DNA from: Thraustochytrium aureum
Taxonomy: Eukaryota
Reading direction: 5' to 3'
Assembly (NCBI GenBank): GCA_012862495.1
Contig: BLSG01000080.1
Coordinates: 62,001 to 87,870, forward strand
Length of the DNA: 25,870 nucleotides
Shown here: piece by piece, positions 18,825 through 25,870 of the stretch
Layout: every line of letters begins with the position of its first letter
Position numbering within the stretch: the stretch's first letter is position 1
Notes under the pieces: generated by a model
The model's input: only the letters and a program-made list of their open reading frames with translations
The model's database searches: none
What the model was told of the DNA's origin: nothing
Program-made: the position numbers and the translations under genes

Positions 18825-20603
18825 CGCCGCGGCTCGGCACAGCTCACAGGTCGGAGGAGCGCGTCGCGAGCAACCCCGAGTCAGACGCCATGTCCCCGCC
18901 CCCTCCGCCACCACCTCCGCCGCCCACTTTGGCGCAAATGAGTTTGGGCCGGGCCGAGAACAAAGCGCAACTTTCGTCGAGGCCGTCGCGTGGAGACCCG
19001 CCGCTGGCTGCAGTTCGCCTTTCCCCAAAGCGCGCCCCAGTGCGAGCCCCGCCGCCGCCGCCCCCCGACGAGGTAGTTTCCGCTGATGGGAGGGTCGAGT
19101 CGCGGCCCAAGTCGGTCGCGAAAAGCGCAGCGGTAGCCGCTGGCAGAGTTGCGACGGAATCCTGGCGCGCGACTCCGTCGCCGCCTGGGAATCGCCCGCC
19201 GCAAATGGCGCGAGCGAGCGCGCCGGCCACGAACCAGCAGTCCAGTCCAAAGTCTCCTGAGGAAACGCTACAGGGCTTCCGCGTGCTCAGCTCCCTGCTG
19301 ACGTGAATTTAAAAACAAAGAAGTCTGGTGTTACGACGACTTTGCAACGAGCGCCGCAGCCGCCACGCCGCGTTGCCGGAGCGCTCAATTCGGCCAATTG
19401 TCCACCTCGCATCAACTGACTCGTCAAGAAGAGGAAAAGCGCGACGACCTCGCGCACCAGCGCACGCCAGGAGCGAGCGACGGCCGCAGCGCTGGCGGGC
19501 GCATTCGATGTTTCGGGCCGCGCGTCGACCATATTTCCCGTCAGCTCTTGCCAGCTCACCAAGTACTTGCGTCCATGTCGCGCTATCCAACGCGAATCCA
19601 TCCACCTCGTGCGCACCAACTCCGTTCCATTTCGTACCCGTCCGAAGGCAAGGAGTATTGACGCAAAGTGGGTCGGGTCGCCCGTGTGCAGTGGGACAGA
19701 TCTGGTCCCGAACTTCGCGGAACAGCGAGCCCGACTCAGAAGCGAGCGAGCCGAGCATGCGCTGGCACGAGCAGCAGCGAAGTACCAGTAACCATCTCAC
19801 CTCCTGCCGCCCGTCCCAGCCTGCTGCCCCTGCCGCCGCGGCGGCGAAAGAGCCGCACAGAGCAAGGCGGCCCAGCCCGTTCACCGTCGGCCGGATTCCT
19901 TCCCCGGGCGCACACCCTGTGCCTGCATCGCCGCGAACGCCCCCAGCGAACAAAGAACCCCTTCCTCCTCCTCCCAGCGAGCGCCTCCGGCGGCGAGTCA
20001 AGAGCTCTCAGGAACTTGTGCGAAACTCGTCCCGCATCGGTGTGCGCAGCGCTGCCTGCAGACCGCGCGGGTGCCCCTTGAGGCGGAGGGTCGCGGGGCT
20101 CTGTGGGGCGCGGGCGCCCTCCCTGCTGCCTTCCCTGCCGCCGCGCTTGAGTGTGGTCGGTTACGCGCAGAGGGACGATGCACGGGTGGGGTTGCTGATT
20201 GTTGGCCGGTGCTTGGTTTTTGAACGTTTTTCCCTCTGTGAACCTGCTGCTCTGTTCGCTGATTCTTTCTGTAATCTGCGAGGTGGTGGACACACTGTTC
20301 AATCAAAGCACTTCACCTTGCTTTTGCCTGTGCGTGAGTGCAGCAGCAGCAGGAGCAGGAGGTGGAGCAGGAGCTGGAGCAGCAGACCTCCAAGCGCATC
20401 ACGCCACGGTCGGCGGCCGGTGTCTGCGCTGGCAGCGAGGCCACGAGGACGGAGCGGCGCTGGACCCCGCGGTCGCTGCGGTTGAGCGAACGAGCGCTCG
20501 AAACGCCTTGCCGGGCGGGTGGGTTGTGCGCCGTGCGTGTTGGGTCGGGCGAGACGCGGCGAGAGGATGAGCCTCGCGAGGCGGCACCGTCGGGAACGGC
20601 GAG

Positions 20604-23281
20604 GTGGAAGAGGAGATCTGGGAGACGCAGAGTGTTTTGGTACGTTTGGGCTCGCGCGCGCAGAGTGCCTGGCTTTTGCTTTGTTCTCACGCTGACAGCG
20701 CCGCCCAACGCAGCGCAAGGGAGAGCCCACTGGTTGTCCGACGCCAGATAGCAGCGCTGCGGCCTGCAATAGCACAGGCGACAAGGTCTGGGGCGCGGCG
20801 CCATCGAGCCGCCCGATGTTTGCAGACCGGACTGGCACGCACACACTCTCGCAACCAAGCAAGGTCCCCGTCCCCGCAGGCTGGCTAGCCGTGAGCGAAT
20901 TCCAAGTTGACACGCAGGGCGCGGGCGCGGGCAGGTGCGACAACGAGGGCTGGGCCTACAGCAGCTCCTTGCAAGGGCTCGACGTCGACTTTGCTCGCGG
21001 GTGCACCAAGGGAGAGGAAAAGGTTCGCCACCAGTTCCGGCGCCGCCGCTGGGTGCGCACGCTAAGTCAGTCCCGCGAGCCGTGGAGCGCCAGCACACAA
21101 GCGCCAGGGCACATCGTGGACGAGGACCAGGCGCCAGACCCGCGACAGCCGCTGCTGGAGGGATGGCTGGGGATCAAATCCATGTCCAAGAACCGCATGG
21201 GGCGAGCCGCCTGGAAGAGCAGGTACTGCGTCCTATGGGCGCCCGGAAAGGACGTTGCCCAAGCCCAAGCCAGCGAAAGTGCTATCTCGCCAACCTCTGA
21301 CCCTGCGGACGAAAACATCGACAGCAACGCCTCCCTCCTCGCCCAGGCAGATCCCCTTGCCGCGAAACGAAGCACCAGCCGAAACGTGCTCAAAGAGACG
21401 TACCAAAAGCAAAAGGACAAGATATCCAGCTTCAACCTGGGGCGGACATCGCGATCGGTCCTGCACCAGACTCTGATCGACAAAGGAGGGCGCCTCTTCG
21501 CCCGGTTCGGCGCCCACAGCAGCGCGCCAGCGGGAGGCCGAGGCGCTCAAGCACCCGATCTTTATGTATTTGAAGTGCGATGCGCAGCCTGACAAAATCA
21601 GCCGAGCCGCCGTCGACAGCGAAGTGGCGGCCGACGTGGAGGCAAAGCACAACAAATCGGTCAAAGGCCAGGCGATTCGCTGGTTCTCTCTTTCTCCAGA
21701 CTGCGTTGTCGACGACACGATCGCCACTGCAAAGGAGCCGGGCTTCTTCGCGATCCACTTCTCTCGCAAGCTCGTGCAAGTGATGAACGCCCACACAGAG
21801 CGCGCTCGGCTTGCCTGGGTTGACGCGTTAAGGCGCGCTGTCGCTCGCGCCAACCCAGAAACGACGCCCAAGGCTGTTGTGCGCAAGGCCGTTCCCAAGC
21901 ACAAGCTGCTGTTGAGCACGCGAAGCTTCAGCTCCTCAAACCTCTACACCCCGAAGCGCCCGTTGGTGTTTTCGACCAGCGAGGCGCCCGCGCCGTCGCC
22001 GTTCTCCCAGAGCCGGCCCGAGCTGGTACACGGCGCACCCGCGCGAACATCTCTTTGCAGCGAGGAAGAGGACCCAAGCGGCTCGCCGCTGTTCGAGAAA
22101 AGCCCGAGCTCGCTCGAGCCCCCGCCGCCGCTTCACTTGGGAATGTTGCGCGCCGAGGCGCTGGCCACCGAGCGGGATCGCGCGAGAAGGACCTCCGAAG
22201 AGTTTTCGTCACCTCGATCAGGTCACCCGCTTTCGAGCAGGTCGCCGCCGTCCGGGTTGTTTCTCTCTCGATCTTTCTCGGCGTCGCCGCGCGTCTTTTT
22301 CGGGAGCGGCAAGGGCGGGTTTGGAGCGGGCTCTACTGCAACGAGGGTAAGAGCTGGCCCACCGAAGGCCGACAAAGACGCCGCCACAACCTCAGCGAAG
22401 GACCAAGATGGGGGGGCAGTGCCGGACGCGCCACCCGACGCCGCCAAAAACAGGAGGATCTCTGCGTTGGGACGCAAGCTCAAGAGCTCGTTCCGTCATT
22501 CGCGGCATGCTTCGTTTGGCGCGCTTGGGTCGACCAAGTCTTGGGTGGCTTCCCCGCCCCAGCGCCAGGTGTCGCTGCCTGAGGGTCTGCCACCCACTGC
22601 GCCCTCGAGCAGTGCCAACGTTGCAGCGGCCATCGCTGCGGCAGCCTCGGCGGCGCGCCTGAGCGCCAGTCTCATGGAGGAGGAGAAGGAGGGCTCCGAG
22701 GGCTTCTCTCCCGCGCGCGGCGACCAGCGCGCCGCACGTCGACTCGACCGCGGGAACCATGCCTGCGCGTACGATCTCACAAGCGCAGATGACGAGGCGA
22801 GCGACTGGTCTTCCGAGTCCTCGTCGTCGCCAGTCAGCTTGCGACCGGCCCATCGACTCTCTATCAGTGTCCCTGACGGCAGCGAAGGCGACGCGAGCCC
22901 CGTCATGGATGGCGTGCTGAGGCTCGGCGCGCGCCAAGTGCACCTTGAGACCATGACGCGCGAGGTCGCTCTTGTGAAGGGCGAGCACGGGCTTGGGTTC
23001 TGTATCAAACGCGCAGGCCGCGGCCGCGTCACGGTGACGCGCGTGTATCGAGGCGAACGCGCGCCTCTAGTTGCAAGCTCGCAGCGGGTCAGGACAGTGG
23101 GTGCGGGCCTTGTCAACGAGGAGCCTGGCGACGCGGGTCCGCCTGACGACGTGGCCCTTGCCCCTGGCGACCTTTTGCTGCGTGTGAACGGGCAGGTGAT
23201 CGAGTCCACTCGGGATGCGCTTGAGTGCTTTGGCGCCACAAACGAGGGCGACCTCGTCTGGCTCCGTATAGCGCGGGACGC
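20604..23281 (+). CDS. Multi-domain protein: dysferlin (DysF/TECPR1-type) domain, split PH domain, low-complexity region and PDZ domain; multi-exon, both ends unresolved
   Basis: Exon VEEEIWETQSVL, then intron GTACGT 20640 to AG at 20698 or 20719 (both phase 0). Then SRPMFADRTG...VPAGW...DNEGWAY...FRRRRWVRT (DysF) and LLEGWLGIKS...WKSRYCVLW (PH start). A +1 frame switch occurs near 21566-21588. Then ERARLAWVDALRRAV (PH helix) and LVKGEHGLGFCI...LAPGDLLLRVNG...VWLRIAR (PDZ). Runs into the gap at 23282. Confidence 0.7.
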
Positions 23282-23506
23282 NNNNNNNNNNNNNNNNNNN
23301 NNNNNNNNNNNNNNNNNNNNNNNNNNNNNNNNNNNNNNNNNNNNNNNNNNNNNNNNNNNNNNNNNNNNNNNNNNNNNNNNNNNNNNNNNNNNNNNNNNNN
23401 NNNNNNNNNNNNNNNNNNNNNNNNNNNNNNNNNNNNNNNNNNNNNNNNNNNNNNNNNNNNNNNNNNNNNNNNNNNNNNNNNNNNNNNNNNNNNNNNNNNN
23501 NNNNNN

Positions 23507-23865
23507 CGCGACTTGGCGCGGGTGAAGGCGCTCGGGACGGTGTCCACGCCCCGTTGCTTCCTCCGGCGGCGCGGGACGCCAAGCTGGACGACATTTATCA
23601 CCTTTTCGAGAACGAGGTCCCGCGAGTGTTTGCCGCGCACGGGGGCAAAGGCTATGTGACGTACAAGACCATTCAAGGCCACCTCTGCAAACTGCTGAGT
23701 GTCCCCGAGGGAATGGCCAACACCGTGGCTTGGCGGACCTGGTTTCGCGACCAGCTCGACGTGTTTTTTGGGCGCACAGAGAGCATGTACAACATTACTG
23801 GCCTCGATTTGACAGAGATGAGCCCTGTCGTCGTCATGGCGCGCCTGCCAGTCGCTGGTAGGTAG
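23507..23865 (+). CDS. C-terminal fragment of an unknown protein (possibly the end of the DysF-PH-PDZ gene)
   Basis: Frame is open from the gap edge with globular-looking composition (LDDIYHLFENEVPRVF...VTYKTIQGHLCKLL...WRTWFRDQLDVFF). TAG at 23863-23865 is followed by AT-richer UTR-like sequence. Confidence 0.55.
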
Positions 23866-24166
23866 CCCGCTCTCCTTATTTATTTTGATGGATTGTTGAA
23901 TCTTTGATTCGCATGTGGCTTCCGGTCCACACCATGATGTTGCTGGCCTGGGTCCTCTCAAGCGACATCGCTTGACATGAATCAAAGTGATTGCCACGAG
24001 CGACAAAAAGACTGAGGAACTCGCGCGGCCACAGATGTTGGCCAAGCTTCGCTGGCCCGTCCAATCGCTGAAAGGTCAAGCCACAGCCCCAGTCGTGCGA
24101 GTTCGGTTGTGTTTTGTTGTTGCGGAACTCACTGCGAGCGCATCGTGGCCTCACCACCCAAAACGG

Positions 24167-24204
24167 TTGTTCCAGTGAGCTGAGCTTGTTCCAGTGAGCT
24201 GAGC
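24167..24204. repeat. Perfect 19-bp tandem duplication
   Basis: TTGTTCCAGTGAGCTGAGC x2 (24167-24185 and 24186-24204), in the probable eIF3b 3' UTR. Confidence 0.9.
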
Positions 24205-24288
24205 AACGCAACGCAAGGCAGGGAAACAAGAGGCAGGGAAAAGGGGTGAGAAGAATTGTCGCTTAGGGGGACCTCGCGCCCGCCAAGT

Positions 24289-25870
24289 CTAACCAAAGTA
24301 CGGCTCAACCTTTTCGGAGACGAGAACCTCCTCGAACTCGTCAACAATGTCAAACTCTTCGTCGACCTCGGGCTCGATAAGGCCGAGGCGCAGACGCTCC
24401 TCGTCGACACGGCGGGCCTTCGCCATGCGCTCCACCACCATCTGGCGAAACGTGGTGAGCGACTCGATCTTCTCCTTGTTGGCAGCGGCCTCGAGACGCT
24501 TCCTGCGGATCTCGTCCTCCTTGCCGTAGCGAGCCATGTAGCCCTTGAGCCCACGCACAACCTTGGTGATCTCCTTCTCGTCGAGCTCGGTTTTGGGGCG
24601 CGGGCGCCAGGCAAACTGGAAAGCGGGGCGAAAGCAGCATAGCACGGCACGTCAGAAAACAAAAGGCGATCCGCACCAAGGCGAGCAGAGCCGCGCCGGA
24701 GGAGCAAGCGAGCAAGCGAGGCAATGGGATGAGGGTGTGCGGATCCTATAGAATGTCGTGCAGAATTGGGTCACCAATAACCCTTGCGCGCATTCAGAGG
24801 TGAGGCCTCCACGACGTATACTCTTACGACACTCCTATACCAGCAGCTCGTCGCACCGACCCCTGGTAAAGGGAAGGTGCGGTAAACTTCTGCCGGCTGT
24901 TTAAGCGCGTGTATATCTGGCTGGCGCTTTGCGGGCCGGGCCGCACCAGGGACTAGCCAAGGCAACAGAGCAGTCCAGCAAGCGCGTGCAGCAAGCGGCG
25001 AAACGTACCTGGTAAAAGTGCTCCATCTGCTCCTTGCGAAGCGCCTGGCCCTGGAACGACCAAATGTTGTAGCCGTTTTCAAGCTGATAGCGCATCGCAA
25101 CCGACCCGAACATGGGCTGCGTGACGATCGTGGCCACCATGCGGCCCGACGGGTCCCACTGGATCTCGTTGCACATAAAGTGCTCGTCCTCGGCAGTGCA
25201 GACGTTTTCGTCGACGTCCCAAAACTCGATGTTGCCGTTGATCGACTTTCCCGTCATGATGACAGAGTTGCCGGCGGGCGACCAGTGCAGCGCTGAAACC
25301 TGCTTGTTCTCGATCGTGTAGAGAAGCTCGATCCCGTTGCCACCGCGGATTGAACCCATGGTGTAGAACGAGACGCCGAGGCGGTGCTGGTTCTCGCCGT
25401 GAATGAGGCCGAACCGCTCGCGCTCGGGCTCCCAGGCAAAGCCCTCAATCATGTCCTTGATCTCGAGGATCTCGTTGGGGATGTTGGCGTCGCGCATGCG
25501 GAAGATCTCAAAGTTGGTGAATGTGGTGCGGCCTGTCTTGGAGTGGCGCAGTACCTGGGCGCAGAGAAAGTCACCTGCGCTTTGCCAGTGCATCTTGACC
25601 TCGCGCACGTTGAAGAGGTTTTTGCTGCGAACCTCACTGCGCGTCTCGGGGTCGAGCAGCACGACGCGGGCGGGCATGTTCTCCACCTCGGGTGCCCAGT
25701 AGGCGATGATTGGGTCGCTCTTCGACCACTCAAAGTGCACGATGCCCTTGGCCTTGACCGGCTTCTTGTCGAGCAGCTTGAAGCTGGCCGTGTCGAAGAC
25801 GCTGACACCGTCCTTGGTCTGGCGCGCGAAGAACCGGTCGTCCGGGCTGAAGCGCATCACTGGCCACTCG
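24289..25870 (-). CDS. EIF3B: Eukaryotic translation initiation factor 3 subunit B, 3' part; exons 25870-25009 and 24615-24289
   Basis: WSKSDPIIAYWAPE..PARV, RSKNLFNV, HWQSAGDFLC, NFEIFRMRD, FAWEP, WSPAG, WDPSGR, NGYNIWSFQG. Intron 25008-24616 (GTACGT...CTGAC...TTTCCAG) joins HFYQ|FAWRPRP, restoring the conserved eIF3b WRPRP motif. TAG at 24291-24289. Confidence 0.96.
24751..24897 (-). ncRNA. Candidate intronic box H/ACA snoRNA (about 147 nt)
   Basis: Read on the minus strand: lower stem CCGGCAG/CUGCUGG, internal pocket AAGUUUAC/ACGAG, upper stem CGCACC/GGUGCG and CCCU/AGGG. Then box H AUAGGA (24838-24833), a second structured domain, and ACA+3 nt (24756-24751). It is sense to the host eIF3b intron. 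Confidence 0.6.

Noticed and set aside
24751..24897. Assigning the intronic RNA to U17/snR30
   Set aside because: The conserved m1 (AUAUUCCUA) and m2 (AAACCAU) motifs are absent.
24771..25008. ORF continuation VRFAACC... and the 109-aa ORF within eIF3b
   Set aside because: They read into the intron; splicing at 25008/24616 restores the conserved protein.

Overview
Gene-dense, GC-rich, intron-poor eukaryotic genomic DNA with four N-gaps. It has GT-AG introns, a BBSome gene and intergenic microsatellites. A flagellated protist, possibly a labyrinthulomycete/thraustochytrid-type stramenopile, is inferred but not shown. Gene order: TM9SF 3' end (+); RNF168-like RING/MIU protein (+); membrane-anchored ecto-5'-nucleotidase (-); a ~3.2 kb divergent intergenic region; secreted ExeM/NucH-like EEP nuclease (+); BBS2 (-); flavin amine oxidase (+); PPGG-repeat Jupiter/SPIRAL1-like protein (-); SURF2 with a long basic repeat extension (+); TFxPxIN-repeat protein (+); DysF-PH-PDZ protein (+); an unknown C-terminal coding fragment (+); eIF3b 3' part (-, one intron). 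Main findings: (1) a head-to-head nuclease + 5'-nucleotidase pair whose shared upstream region has six exact YGAATCTH motifs (the diatom PSR phosphate-starvation element), a candidate phosphate-regulated extracellular-DNA scavenging locus; (2) an H/ACA snoRNA-like structure in the eIF3b intron; (3) an RNF168-like architecture in an apparent protist. All family calls come from motif recognition by eye; no database searches were run.
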